Below, in pieces: positions 1-13,597 of a stretch of 64,000 bases of DNA (position 1 is its first letter; each line of letters begins with the position of its first letter). Location: contig MU054187.1 in the NCBI GenBank assembly GCA_013239625.1, positions 6,583,757 through 6,647,756 on the forward strand. Reading direction: 5' to 3'. The position numbers and the translations under genes were made by a program. The stretch comes from Lama guanicoe. Its lineage: Eukaryota. The notes below the pieces were generated by a model. That model was not told the DNA's origin. It did no database searches and saw only the letters and a list, made by a program, of their open reading frames with translations.

Positions 1-326
1 CAAACCCAAAGAAAATTTATTAGCTATGCTAACGTTTTCTTCCTTTTCAAATAGGTATTAATTGCTAATACCTTAAATGCTAAGCTATGCTTTTAAAATG
101 AAATTTTTACTAGGAAATTTTCTCTAGATATTAAAATTCCTCTCAAGCATTTCAAAATTTATATCCTGGATTAGCAAATAATTAAAATTATAGGAGGGAA
201 AATTCTAGCTTGATTTCAAGTTACTTGCATCATTATAAGGAAGTTCTCCTTGAGGAAATTATTTGTCTTTTATGTTCATTACTAGGTGATTGATCAATAT
301 TAAATTAGGTAATATTACATACTGCA

Positions 327-520
327 CAGTTTTTCAACCCTGGCACTATTGACATTTTTGCCGGATGACCCTCTGTTGTGGGGGCTGTCCTGTGCTCTGT
401 AAGACGTTTAGCAGATCTCTGGCCTCCACCCGCTGGATGCTAGGAGCACTTCCCCACCAGCTGTGACAATCAAAAACGTCTCTAGTCATTGCCAAACGTC
501 CTGGGTTGGGGGGCCGTGAG
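327..520. mobile_element. MER20 (hAT-Charlie) DNA transposon fossil
   Basis: Typical MER20 strings ggcactattgacattt, gggggctgtcctgtgc, gtgacaatcaaaaacgtctctagtcattgccaaacgtcc. Confidence 0.85.
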
Positions 521-1233
521 TTGGGAGGCCAGTTTGTCCCAGACATACTAACGAATATGACAATAAAACTTCCAAATACTTAAAATAACAAATATCTGGT
601 CACACCATTCACCAATATTGTGTAATTCCTCAATTTCTCAAATTATTATAATTAATGATAATGGGGTAGTGGTCGCAGCTCAGGCCTAATAGCCATCATT
701 TTGTCACAGAATTGCTATCAACATTAGTAACGTCAAACAACGATATAGGTGCCCAGAGAGTATTCCACCTAAAAATGTTACAGATCACGTCTCGGGGATC
801 GCTGCTAAATGCCCTGAGGCAGCAAACGACATGGTTATAATTTTCCAGCAAAGCAATCACAGGGGGGTTAGTTCAGATGCCTGCATGGACATCGCGATTC
901 TGTGGAGGAAGCAGAAAGGAACGAGGCTGGCTTCGTTACAGCCTGAACCTTTAGCTCAAGATCACGGTACTGGGGAACATTCTTAGCATCTGTAGCTGCT
1001 ATGCTGAGGTGGCCCGGAAGGCTGAGCGGAATGGAGAAGAGGGTCAAAGGGCTCGGGAATAAGGCTACTGTAATACAGCTCTTCTTAATTCTGACCTGCA
1101 GAAGGTCCTCAGTGCTGGCTGCACTGGAAACCTTGCACACACTGGAACTGAAATGCAAAACTGCATCATTACCACGTCTCTTCTCTCTCCCCTCCTAATA
1201 ATACAGACAGAAATATACACACACATAGTTTTC

Positions 1234-1263
<30 letters not shown>
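1234..1263. repeat. (CTGT)n microsatellite
   Basis: About 7 tandem ctgt units visible directly. Confidence 0.95.
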
Positions 1264-1264
<1 letters not shown>

Positions 1265-2344
1265 CAGGGACATTTTTTCTGGAAGCTATGACATCTGTGT
1301 TCTTGTTCTGACTGCTACTAACTAGCCACGCGTCTGTGACAAAGCGCTTCACCTGGGGGCCTCAGTGTCCCCATCTGTGCAACGATGGAGGTGGACAAGG
1401 TGGCCTCCAGGGCTCCTTTCAGCACCGAAATTCTCTTCATTCTCTGAGCCAACCTGTTCACTGCCTCAGTTTTCCTATTATATTTCATAGGATATACTTC
1501 TCAAACTGTCATCTGAGAAATGGGTATGGCATTTGCTATTTTGTTTAATGTCAAAATAATAATTTCAGTAAGATCTGGTGGCTAGCTTCACAAAGAATCT
1601 CTTTTCCCGACAGGTTCTGCACCTGCGCATCCCGAGAATATCTCACAGCCCCTCACTGGGAGAGCCGTTCCAGCCAGGCTGCCGCAGGGCTCCCTCCCCT
1701 CCAAGTGGGCCTGGGGATTCAGCCCTGCGGCCCACTCCCTGTGCTGACTCTCTCTGTCCCTTCTGACTCCCCCTCTTCATGTCCCAGCTCACCCAGTAGC
1801 AGAGGGCTCTGTAAGATAGCTAAGAAAGCCTAAAAGTGGGGGACAAAGAAAGGGAAGAGTGAGAGGAGAACTCCCGTGGCCAGAGATGGGATGCCCCTGC
1901 CCCCTTCTCTGGGATCTCTAGTCCCAGGGGGAGGGGCATGGGGACAAAAGGAGGACTGGAGCAGGGCGGCCAGCCCCTGTCCCTGCTCTGCCTTCCTTTC
2001 CCGGCACCCCTCCCAGCTTCAGGCCTATCACATCCCCAGCCCTGGCCCCGCACATCCTCGACCTCCCATCCTTCTCCTCCCTCCTAGCTCCCGCAAGCCC
2101 CCGCCCCCACCCCCGCCAGAGTGCACACTGCAGGCTATGGGGACCACGTTCACAGGTACAGGCGTGCTTGGTCTCACTTTCTGGAAAGTAAGGGGCAGGA
2201 GTCCCCATTTCTGCAGCAATCAGAGGAGAGCCCAAGGGAAGCTCAAAAGTACTGAGCACATTCACCACGTAAGACCCTGGAGACAGTTCTGAGCGCATGT
2301 ATATGGGTTACTTTGATACGCAAATCCACACCAAGACATTCTTT

Positions 2345-2475
2345 CATTCTTTCCGTTTTACAGATGAGGAAACTGAGGCTCAGCGAGGCCATGCAAGTTG
2401 TCTAAAGTTACGCTTCAAAAGAGGGGAAGCCAGGATTTGAATCCAGGTAGTTCACAGGACTTCAGTGCTCTTAAT
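2345..2475 (-). mobile_element. MIR SINE fragment
   Basis: MIR core ttttacagatgaggaaactgaggctcag...ggatttgaatccagg. Similar cores lie near 4340-4490, 7430-7545, 7690-7820, 16670-16860, 23120-23330 and 48130-48320. Confidence 0.85.
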
Positions 2476-4944
2476 TTGCTTTTATGAAGACACATAATGT
2501 TCAAATCTGAAGCGAAAACATTTTCCCATAGAAGCATTATTGCAAACAGCCACTGGTGCTAGAGCCCTATGAACAAAGACCGTGAGCTAAGAGGCTTTTA
2601 GGGGCTGGCCCAGGAACCGCCACGCCATTTATTATTACCACAGGAACATGGGTCCCAACTGTCCAAATTCCCAACCTGCAGTTCAACGAACAAATGTCTG
2701 TACACAATCTATTTTCAATGTGGGAACTACCATTCCTTGTCGGGATGTAGACTTAGCTCTGTGCATCTGGACAGCCATAGACACAGCATGCTAACACAGG
2801 AGTAAAGAAACTTGACCGGTGTTTTTAATTCACCAAATTGCTTAAGTATATGAACACTGGACTCATTACCTGTTCCCCTAACCTGCCTCACACCTCCCAA
2901 GTTCTCAATGTTTGCTAACCACCCACGAACTGACCAAAATGGACTCCCTTCCCTCCTCCCCCCCACACTCGACTCACCTGAGTCAAACTTCATCACATCT
3001 CCTGCATCTGCTCTTGACTCTCCCTTTCTTGCCAGGATCCCAATTCCGGCTCTCCTGGGTGGGCTGCGGCGACAGTCTGTTAACTGCTCTCCCCAAGTCC
3101 CCAGAGGGCTCACCCATGGATTCTGAACACCTTCCTACCAATGTCTGGTTCCACTGGTCTGGTACTCAAAGCCTTCTGTGATCTAGTTTCCAATCCACCT
3201 GCTCTTTCCAACCTCATTCTCTACGTGCTGTTAAAGTAATTAAACAAGGAGGCACTGAGATGAAGGTGGCTCTAATGCCTACGTGAGCAAACCGAAACCA
3301 GCAGGAGCCCTGCACTGGAATCTGAGAAGGTGAGACTTGCGAGCAGCCCATCACCAACAGCCACGCAGGCTTCCCCAAACAAGGCAGCGCTTCCGCTGTT
3401 GCCAGTCAAATAATTTCTTTGTTTTTGCTTCAGCTTCTTCTCTAGGAAAACCTGGTCCCCAGCTCCTGGCGGCAGAGCCCTCCTGACCACCTTCGGTTGG
3501 GCGCGGCCTGGCTCGACCTTTTAACGCTCAGATCAACTCTCGGAACCTGCAGCGCGCTTCCGTTTACCTCTGAATGGGATCCCCCACTCTCGGCTGCTGA
3601 AATCACTCAGCACCCCTCAGGCACGGCCGGTCAGCCGGGCCTCTGCAGACGCTATTCTTTCAGTCTGGAAGGCCCCGCTCTCCTGGCTCTTAATGTCCAA
3701 ATCCTTCCTTGTCTTTGAAAGCCACCACTGTCACGGTCCCCAAATCTCAGGCGTAAACGAGCTGCCTGCCCAGTGACCCACCCGCAGCATTCTTACCTGT
3801 GCCCCTCGTGACTTTCCAGCTGCGTTCTCCCCCTGACTAGACACCGCTGGCAGGGAAAGGCCCCCAGGTGGGTCAGCTCGGAATGTCCCACAGCACTCTG
3901 CGCTGCTGCACCACACCCAGGGCAGGCAGGTGTCTGCTAGCAACCACATGAGTGACGCTGTACCCTCCTGAACACCCCCTCCATCAAACCTCTACTAAGG
4001 ACTGTGAGAGATGCAGAAGACAGCAGCTTGGTTTCTGCTTTCCAGGCGCTGACAGCTCAGGCACAGAGATTAGACTAATATATACTAATAAAAAGCAACG
4101 GAAGATAAAGAACAGTGTCACTGAGAATATACACTGTATACATTCTAAGTCAAAAGAGAGGTTCCTCCTCAAGAAACGAAGTTGGATCTTAGTCATATGT
4201 TTATTGTGGAAGCGTGAAAGAAGGGCGTTCCAGGTGAAGGGAGTAACAGGGTGAGGGCTGGAAGAGGCATGGGAGGAAGGGGCCCTAGCAGTCACCGTGT
4301 CCCTGCTCACGCCAGAACCGGGGCTGAGCATCTTGTACGCTTTATTTCATTTAATCCATACAACAGCCCTGCAAAGCAGACAGCATCACTGCTGGTTTTA
4401 TAAGTAAGGAGGCTGAGGCTCCAGGGGATTAAGTCACTGGCCAAGGGTGCACAGGGTTAGCTGGCAGAGCTGGGATTAGAAAGAGGCAGCCACGTCCACA
4501 GCATCATGCCGTCTCTCTAGATCAACACGTATAAAAGTCACCCGGTGTTTTCTTCAGGAAGAAAGACTCTTTGCGTTGATGAACAAATCAAGTTGGAAGG
4601 CAATAAACACAATGGGTCCTATGTGTAGGGCTCAGTACAAGTCAGCTGGCCCTGAATGCAAGTCTGTCCGTCTAGAAAAAGAAGCCAGAAGGCTCATCGA
4701 CCAGACGAGCGTGCTCTGGGGAGAAATGAGGAAGGCGGGCAGCCCTGGAATCGGGGAATATCTGCAGACCAACAGAGAGCCCAGAGGTGGGACAGAGACT
4801 AAGGGGTTCAGATTAACACCATGCACCCCAGTCTCCTTCAGTTACAAAGGAAGTAAAATAATCCAACAGAACACTGCTTTGTTGTAACGAGCATCCGCCC
4901 TCCGAGGTGTTGAGTAGGACAGAAAACAATGGGAGGAAACATAC

Positions 4945-5078
4945 CTGGTCTCGTTGGCGCATCGGATCTTGCAGCCTTCCTTGGGAATCACCAAGCCGAG
5001 GTGCATTCGGAGCCTGCAGTTTGTGGGTCCCGTGTGCGGCCACACGTGGGTTCCTGGGTGCATGACGGAGTATTTGAT
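4945..5078 (-). CDS. ASPH: ASPH coding exon (~exon 24, 134 nt), catalytic core with the first Fe-binding His
   Basis: IKYSVMHPGTHVWPHTGPTNCRLRMHLGLVIPKEGCKIRCANET(R), inside ORF 4842..5111; acceptor gtgcag, donor gtatgt. The His of WPHTG corresponds to human H679 (from memory). Confidence 0.98.
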
Positions 5079-5446
5079 CTGCACAGAAAATATACCACAC
5101 TGTTCATCCATTTGTCCAGGTGTGGGAGATGTGCTAAATTAACGTGACAGTACAAAATTACTGTCAGTTTAGGTTAGAGCCTTTGGAGCACTCAGAATTT
5201 ATATTCTCATCTTATTTCTTTGTGAAGGAACTTAAAGTAAGGACTCCCGTTTTCCACAAAGCTATAGACATCGAACATTTTCCACCCTCAGTCCTGACGT
5301 CAAGGGCATGAAATGATGTGTCAGTAGAAAGTGAGCAAATAAAGAGGCATTCAGTGGGTCAAAGGAAATAACTGTTTCTTTGTAAATGTCAGCATTCCTT
5401 CATTCCTAATAGCGGTTCTTCCCAGCACTGAAATCGTTCTGGGTAC

Positions 5447-5538
5447 CTGCCCCCTTCTGCATCCTGTTGTCTCGGGGAATTTATCGAGCAGAGAACAGGT
5501 TTTAGGTGCTCCTTTACAGGCATTTTCATTTTTTCTTC
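5447..5538 (-). CDS. ASPH: ASPH coding exon (~exon 23, 92 nt), oxygenase domain
   Basis: (G)RKNENACKGAPKTCSLLDKFPETTGCRRGQ, inside ORF 5351..5836; acceptor ttctag, donor CAG|gtaccc. Confidence 0.96.
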
Positions 5539-5796
5539 CTAGAACAATAAATGATAAAACCATTGTTAGAAACAAATCACAATAAAGCTTCAACTCATCC
5601 CATTTTGACCACATATGGTCTAGATTGTTCCCCTCCCTGTAAGAATGAGAAGGCTGAGTAAACACAAGAAGATAATGTTTCGCTCCACTAGACAGTGACT
5701 GGCAGAGCAAGGACCAGAATCCTCCTCTCAGCGCTGGACTGTTTGACTTAGGAAGTCTAATGGACAAGGCATGTGTTGAATACTTATTTTCTGCCC

Positions 5797-6262
5797 TGTG
5801 GCAGGCAGAATAACGGCCCCTCCCAAAGATGTCCACATCCTCAGCCCAGGAACCCGTGGATATGGTATGTTACATGGCAACAGGAAATTAAGGTGGCAGA
5901 TGACAATGAGACTACTAACCAGCTGACCTATAAATAAGGGGGTTATCGTGGATTAACTGGATGTGCCCAGTGTGATCACAGGGTCTCAGTGCAGAAGAGG
6001 GAGGCAGGAGGGTCAGTGCCAGAGTGAGAAAGACTTGATCGGCCATTGCTGGCTCTGAAGAGAGAGGGGGACTACAGCCAAGGAATGTGGGCTGTCTCTG
6101 GAAGTTAGAGCCTCTGGAAGGAATGCAGCCCTGATGACACTTTGATTTTAGCCCAGTGAGACCCACTTCTGACCTCCAGAACTATAAAAGTACTACATCT
6201 GAGTTATTTTAAGCCACTAAATTTATGGCAATTTGTTACAGCAGCCACAGTAAGCTAATACA
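5797..6262 (+). mobile_element. MLT1D-like MaLR solo LTR
   Basis: Starts tgtggcaggcagaataacggcccc...aaagatgtccacatcct and ends ttgttacagcagccacagtaagctaataca; TG...CA termini. Confidence 0.88.
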
Positions 6263-9029
6263 TCCTCAAGGGAGGAAAACAGCTTATGTTCTATTTCTAA
6301 CCTAAAAGTGCATTTCTAGGACTATATTCTAATAACCTAAACATTATTTTTTCATTGAAATTTAATGTATTTTTCAACGTGGAGCTCATCCTTTACATGT
6401 TGATAAAGAATAGGATTTAAATGAAGAGGGGAGGAAGTCTCAGACACGGTGGTCTCTGTGAGACTGTGTCAGGTACACAGATTTGGGGAACAGTCTTAAG
6501 TACCCTGGACTATATAAATTTCTTCACCATTACGCACAAAATCACTGTTTCTTAGGGAAGACGCGCTCAGGAACGTCCAGCATCATTGCTCTCATGCAAG
6601 AGCAAAACAATGGATTTTTTTGACAGAGACATTTTAATTCCCTATTCAGGATTCCTATAAGGGACTGATACATCGAAAGCTGAGCTTAATTTTATTTAAT
6701 TAACGTTAATTGTGTCCTAAGATAATTACATACTGAGAACAAATGCGAGTTACAAGGAATGCATCTGAAAGGCATTCTCCTCAGTCAAATGGGCCTCAAT
6801 ATTTTAGAAAACAACTTTGAAGTCTACATTAGTTTTCTTCTGCCTCTTGAGTAAAATGTGAGTTGGTGTTTTTAGTTATTAACTGAACACCCCAAATGAG
6901 TTTAATGATAAATGTCAGTTTGAAGAAACAGATTCCTGCATAAGCCTCATAAAGAGTTTTTAAACCCTAGCTTCCCAGGCCTTCCCACACGCAGAATCGG
7001 GGGGACGTAGCAGACGTCTCAGTTCTGGGTTCTGCGCTGTTCAGGCAGCAGTTAAGTCAAGCCTGGTGCCTTGAGGAGCAACCAGAGGTGTCTGGACGTC
7101 CCACAGGCACAGCGGGGAGGTCTGAACATGTGTTACTTGGAAAACACGTGTGTCTTACATTAATGCTACGTAATAAACGGGGAGCCTAATGGACTGGGTC
7201 ACTAGGATTGCCTCTCGGTCCGGACTGGACTAGCTGTTTAGACGTAAGTCTTTTCTAGCCTGTACACAGGTTCCCGGTAAGGGGAGGAACTGTCTGGTAG
7301 CTGCTCGACCTTCGTGGATTGCCCTTGATGGTTTTAACGACTCACACACGATAGGGAAGGTTTAGGAACGCAACCACACTTCCGCGGTGCTCAGCGTGGG
7401 CCAGAGACCACTCATCGGATGCCCACGACCCCTGGTGAGGGAGGTGCTATTGGAATCAAATTTTACGGAAGAGGAACCAAGGCACCGTGAGATCACACGG
7501 TAAGTGGAAGAGGAGGAATTGGACCCAGAGCCCTGTTCTTAACCGAGACCTAAGACCACCTCCATTACTGTTATTATTACATAATGTATGATTATGATGT
7601 AATAAAAAACCAGAATCACAATCATTTATCTGTATGTCAGACCTTTGCTCACTGACCCGAGTAACAACATCAGATTTCCAGCTCTATGATCATCGTCATT
7701 TTCCAGACGAGGAATCTGAGGCTCAGAGATTCAGGAACATGACCACATCACATGCCAGCAGGTGGTGCAGCCAAGACTCCAGCCCAGGACTGCTGGTCTC
7801 CAAAGGCTATGCTTTAAAGCATGATTTACCTTTTTGTTGCAGCTTGGATTTGAACACAGCTGTGCAGAACAAACCATTCAGCTGTCCAGCAGCTGAACTC
7901 AATGTGGTTTTGTTACCATTTTTAAAAAATTTCTTACAAAGTTTAAAGTAAATTTTGAGAAGTGATAAACTTTGTTTCTTTGGAGAAGTGGCCCTAGAAA
8001 GAGATCTAACTGCCAACGCAGGTCTGAAAGACTCAATTGAGTATTTCATTTGCACGTGAATGCACTTTCTGAGGGGCAGCCATGGAGCTGGGATGTTTTT
8101 AAAGGTCCTGGGTTGTATCTTTCTTAAATTTCAAGGCTTTACTGCTAGGATGACAACAGGTTTGTCTTGCATGACAACTCTGATCAGTCGATCGGAATAC
8201 CGTGTTGAGAAGGATTCAGAGGTTGAGCTCATCCAAAAAGGCTACTGGGATCAGCTAGCACATCTCCCACAGTCTCTGGAAGAAAGAATGACTGCTCACA
8301 TGTGGCCTGTTTGTTGTGTATTTTAGCATTCATTGTTAGTGACAATAAACAAACTTGGGAAAAACAGATGTTCTGTAGCATTCACATAGCAACTTGAAAA
8401 CATCTGTGGGGAAAAATCAGTATGTATATCTGTTGATTGTTTTTTCTCCAACTTAAAAAAGTTGATTATTTAAAAAGGAATAAATATACTGCAGAACTGA
8501 CTGGGCTCCTTAGGGACGTTCCATGTTTCCAACTTCCCTTTGGATAAAAATGAAGCTTGCAGTCACAGTTTCAAGGCCTTTCTGTATCCAGCAGCGTCCT
8601 TTCCTCACCAGACTAGACAACCTCTAAGCCTTCACTAAGTCAGACACTCAAGAGGTTCTTGTCTGGACCTGCGCTCTCAGTGTGGCCCTGCTGCCCTCCT
8701 TCCCACATCGTCTCCGACCCTTCCTGCCTCAGGATTCCCTCTCCTCTGTCTCCGGGTCACAGGGCCCAAGAGGGCATCTGCCTTCAGGGATGCCAACCTG
8801 CTTGCATGTGAGCTATGGTACTAGCGGCCTTCAGAATTCTTTAAGCTGTGAATTTGCCTCCAGAAAATAGTTAACTGGATTCCTTCTGTTCCCCTGGAAG
8901 TACAAACAAAAGTCTACAAAGAGTCTTAATAAAACTTCCCAAAAGAGAAACTAGGGGAGTTACGTTATTTTATGATTGTAAAATAAAACTAGAAATTAAT
9001 TTCTACTTAATTAACTGCAAAGGATTGGA

Positions 9030-9820
9030 AAACACATACTTAAGATACCCCCCTACACACACACTTCTAAATTATTTTGAATAAAAATGGAAATCAAGAT
9101 AGAAATGCAATCTTTTTTGGGAAATAATGCCAGTGAAAATACACATTACAGCTTAAAGAAAGCATCCAAATCTGTATCCGGAGGTCAGTTCGCAGCCTTA
9201 AATGCATTTATTACTGAAGAAGAAATAATGAAAATAAATTTACTAAGATGTTCTAATTGAAAAGTTTAAAAGAGAAAAAAAAATTAACAACCAGCCAAAA
9301 GAACCAGAGGAGGAAGAAAAATATAAAAGCAGGAATTAGAAAAACATAATCATAATAAGGTGAGATGTAATTTGAGTTCTTTTTAAAGAACATAATCGAT
9401 CACTCTGTCAAACTTCAGAAAAAAAAAAAAAAAGAAATTCCATCCAGTGGGAAGAATGATTTAACAAAGGTATCAATAAAGTAAAAAATACTGTAAGAAA
9501 TGACTATGGAAAATCAGGTATAATCAAAATACATGATTTTACAAGTCAACACACACTGTGTGATCCCATTTATACGAGTGTCTAAAGTAGTCAGTTTAAT
9601 AGCAACAGGAAGAGCCACGGGGTTGCCAAGGGCTGGGGGAGGGGCAATGGGGACTATTGTTACTGGGTATCGAGCTTGAGTTTTTCGAGATGAAACAGTT
9701 CTAGAGATTGGTTGCACAAATATATGGATTTAACTGCCTCTGCTGAATGTACACTTAAAAATAACTGAAGTGGTAAATTTTAACATATGTGTATTTTGCT
9801 GCAGTTAAAATTAAAAAGCC
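9030..9820 (+). mobile_element. Old L1M fragments (ORF2 remnant and L1MB-like 3' end)
   Basis: A-rich strand; 3' UTR motifs gatgaaacagttctagagattgg...tgtacacttaaaaa...gtggtaaattttaacatatgtgtatttt. Confidence 0.7.
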
Positions 9821-11134
9821 CCCCAAAACTTAAAAGTCAAAATATTGCCTCCAATCAGTCTCCATTATTTACTTCCTTTCTTGCCTAATATTTCTATATG
9901 CCCTATGATGCTTTGCATATTTCAACCTTATTAAAGCACATGTTCTTAGCAGAGACTATGGTTTCTGGAAATTACTGCCAGGATGGATACTATTCTGAAG
10001 CCTTATTCTTGGAAGCCCAACAGCATCTACAAAGCACAAGGATGTCGGCGGAACTGAGGCATCCGATGAGCTGGTGAGTGCTTAAGGCCAACACAATTGA
10101 CTCACTGAGTGAGATGCCAATAGATGAAATTAGCATGTTGCTCACATATTGACCTTTCTAAAGCCCTATTTAAAAAGACCTCGTTGGCAAAAAGCTGACA
10201 GTCACTTGAAATCACGTGATCTCTCTTTCGATGGACGCTGCCTTGAAGATATTACTGAAGTCGTCCTTCTTCCTCCGCTGTGTAAATCTGAGTATTCTGG
10301 AACCAAACTGAGGTAAACGATGGCGCTTATTTGTCCTTTAATAAAAACCCACTGCTTATCATTCTCTTGATTTACTTTCTGCAGCTAAAGACGTGAGACA
10401 CATGCTGTTTAGTCCTCAAAATGGATTTACTTTTGTACAGTTGTTAACCCAAGTTAACTCGAATTTTCAAGAAGAGACTTGCAAAGAGCTTTAAAGGTAA
10501 GATTCAACGCTTCACCTTTTGAGGAGAGACTGATACAGTGACTCACTGAACGCACACCCTGGAGCCCTGCCTGTGTGCCTGGACCTGCGTTCAGCTCAGG
10601 GAGTATTAGGTTGATGGTGAACCACTTCCTGTTCTTGATGAGCTCAGACATTCGTTCTTACAGACTCATCACCCTGGTGTGCCATCATCGCCCCAATGGC
10701 GCTTGCCCATGGTGACACCATTTTGCGTGCAACATCGTCTCCTGTGCGGAAGCAAAGGAGGTGCCAGGGAAGCCCCTCTCTAGGGCACTGATGAGCTCAT
10801 GGTGGACTTCAGTTATGCCTGTACAGTGGGGTTACTCTTTGTAATGTACCATTTAACAGCAAAGACCGGGAAAATCAAAATACAATTTCTGAATATTTAT
10901 GCAAACACACACGTGCATATGCACACATACACATGTATATTTACACGCACACACAGACACACACACACAAATGAGTGTTCACGCATAGTTTTTAAAAGCA
11001 ACGAATGGATTTTGATCAGCTGGGTTTCCCAGGCAGCTTCCTCTAAGCCGGGGAGTCCCGGCTCTGGGAAACACCGCCGGAAGTGCCCCCTTCCCACCAG
11101 GTTGTGGGGAAGGATCCAGAAGTCAGGGGCTCAC

Positions 11135-11270
11135 CTTGCTGCCACAGTGTGAACTGGCTCCAGTCGCCCTTCTCCCTCAGGTTCTCATCTTCCGGCAGGA
11201 AGAGGCCCTGGGCTTTATCCATCACTGCAAGGCCTTCATCTCGGATTAACTTCCAGTTTCTTTCTAAGGA
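11135..11270 (-). CDS. ASPH: ASPH coding exon (~exon 22, 136 nt), oxygenase domain including acidic loop
   Basis: SLERNWKLIRDEGLAVMDKAQGLFLPEDENLREKGDWSQFTLWQQ(G); acceptor ctctag, donor gtgagc. Confidence 0.97.
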
Positions 11271-12689
11271 CTAGAGGGAAGATTCTGGTTTTACTGGACT
11301 GAAAATTTACCTGGTTAAGACACCTTATAATGACATTCAGCTTTTTGCTTGTTTGCCTAATTAATAAGTAATGACATTTTCCTCTCATCTAGATTGCTTA
11401 TTTCAACTTCCTCTAGGACCGCTTGTCAAGGCTGTAAAAAAGAAACTCACCTAATATTATTTTTCAGAACCCAATGCCTTTGCAGCATAAACATTTCAAT
11501 AATTTCTAGGAACTTCAGAGAGTAATTTCCTCTATAATTTGTTTTTAGGTTTGGCTAAAGGTTTTTTTTTTTTCTTTTTTAAAGACTGCAACCTAACAAG
11601 AGGAGTGAGATTGTTGATCAGATCACATCACGACCCTATGTGACACCCGAGCAACCAAACTGGAAAGCAAATCACAGACGTAATCCCATCCCTCAGTAGA
11701 GGTCCTCATAAAGATACCCTTCAACATGGTAAATATTAATTAAACTTTCAAGAGCATTGGAAAATGTCCACTGGAGCATGTGATGTATTATAAAATTAAT
11801 AGCAAAACAAAGCAAAGAAATGCCCTTGTGTTTAGAACTCAGCCAAACAAAAATATTCCCTTGACTTCTGACTTACCAGAGCGCGTTAGGTCAGGTCAGA
11901 AAGGGTCCGGCCGCCGGAAGAAGAGAGACAGGCTCCCCTCCGGGAATCCTCGCTACACTGTGATGCTGATTACCAGTGGGGGGGGGGCAGTGGGGTCCGC
12001 AGGCCAAGGCAAGCACCCTGAGTGGCCACCTCAGAGGAACTACCATCAGGAGAAAAGAATAAAAACTGCTTTCCTCCTGTGTGCAAGAGGCTAGGTTGTG
12101 CAGATAAACCGGGATTCTGAAACGTTAATAATTTCAAGCATTTCTACATGAAATGAGAAGTGGATGGGATAGTGGAGCCTGTGGGTAGGCAGACAGGGAG
12201 GCACACAACTGCTGAGGTCGACCAGAATCAGGGCTCAAGAGCATGGAAGTAAAGCTGCTTATAAACAGAAAGACTCTGACATACAGAAAGCAGAAGCCAT
12301 GATCAGTGCGCTCTGACAGTGGATTGAGTCGCCTTGTAAAACAGGGTTCTCTATCTTTTGAATTATTCAAGGAAGGCTGGATGACTGATCACTGGGTAGA
12401 GCAGAGCACGGATAACGTACAGTGTTTTTATCAACCCATACTTTATGAATTCATGGTTCAGTGTGGGAAAAACAATAAGAAGCCGGGAAGACAGCCCAGA
12501 CAGAGGACTTTGCCCTCAGAGATTTGTGTGGATACATGGTGCCAAATTCAGCCAAATCCAGGGAGCACATTTTTACATTGTGTGACCACATTAGGTATAT
12601 TCAAATATTTGAGGGCAAGAGATAGATTTGAAGATTAGATATTGATTTGATACTGCTATTTCCCCCTTATTTCCTTGAGTCTATTGGGT

Positions 12690-13480
12690 TTTTTTTTAAA
12701 TTTCAGCTCTGAGTCATAATTAACATATAAGAATGTAAGATATTGAAAGTGTATGTATATCATGGTAATCTGACACACATATACATTGTGAAAGGAATCC
12801 CTCATTTGATTAACACATTTATCGTCTCATATGTTTAATTTATTTATTTTGGGGGTTGGGTGAAGACAATTAAATTCTATTCTCTGAGCCAATTTCAATT
12901 TTATACTACAGTGTTATCAAAAACCGTCATCATGTTATTGGTTACATCCTCAGACCCTATTCATCTTATAGCTGACAGTCTGTTCTCTTTACTGACCTCT
13001 CCCTATTTCCTTCACCCCCTGGCCCCTGGCAACCACTTTTATACTCTCAGATTCTATGAGTTTCACTTTTGCTTTTCCTAATTTAGATTCCACATGTAAG
13101 TAATACCATACAGTATTCATCTTTCTGTCTGGCTTCTCTCACTTGGAATAATGCCCTCAAGGTCCATTCATGATGCAAACGGCAGAATTTTCCCTTTCAT
13201 GGCTGTATACTATTCCACCATGTCTGCACACACGTCTGTATCTTACATCTTCTTTACCCACTCATCCTAAGTGATGGACACTTAGATTGGTTCCATAGCT
13301 TGGCTATTGTGAATAATGACACAATGAACACGAAAGTGCAGCTATCTCGTCAATATTTTACTTTGACTCTTATTTGCATTTCTTTGGATATTAGACCGAG
13401 TAATGGGATTGCCAGGTCATATGGTAGTTCTATTGTTCCTTTTTTGAGGGCCCTCCATATTGTTTTCCACAGTAGCAGCG
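12690..13480 (-). mobile_element. L1MA-like LINE-1 3' end
   Basis: tttagattccacatgtaag, tggctattgtgaataatg, ggtcatatggtagttctatt; T-rich tail at the left end. Confidence 0.88.
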
Positions 13481-13597
13481 CCAATGCCTGGCTTTACGTT
13501 TCTATTTCTATGAAAGCCATTGACTTGTGTCAACATGTAGAGCTGCTCCTGTCATCACTCTGCTCTATGCTGGTGGTCATCTGTCCACAGATAATCG

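Noticed and set aside
1820..2298. Overlapping Pro/Gly-rich ORFs on both strands
   Set aside because: Low-complexity C-rich sequence depleted of stop codons; no coding evidence.
1..4944. Terminal ASPH exon (TWEEGKVLIFDDSFEHEV...)
   Set aside because: Not found by eye in this interval; it presumably lies left of the window, so its absence is not evidence of truncation.
5351..5836. 161-aa ORF as a stand-alone gene
   Set aside because: Only 5447-5538 is ASPH exon; the flanks are intron and the start lies in an MLT1 LTR. The same applies to the ORFs enclosing other exons, such as 25539..25976 and 37725..37958.
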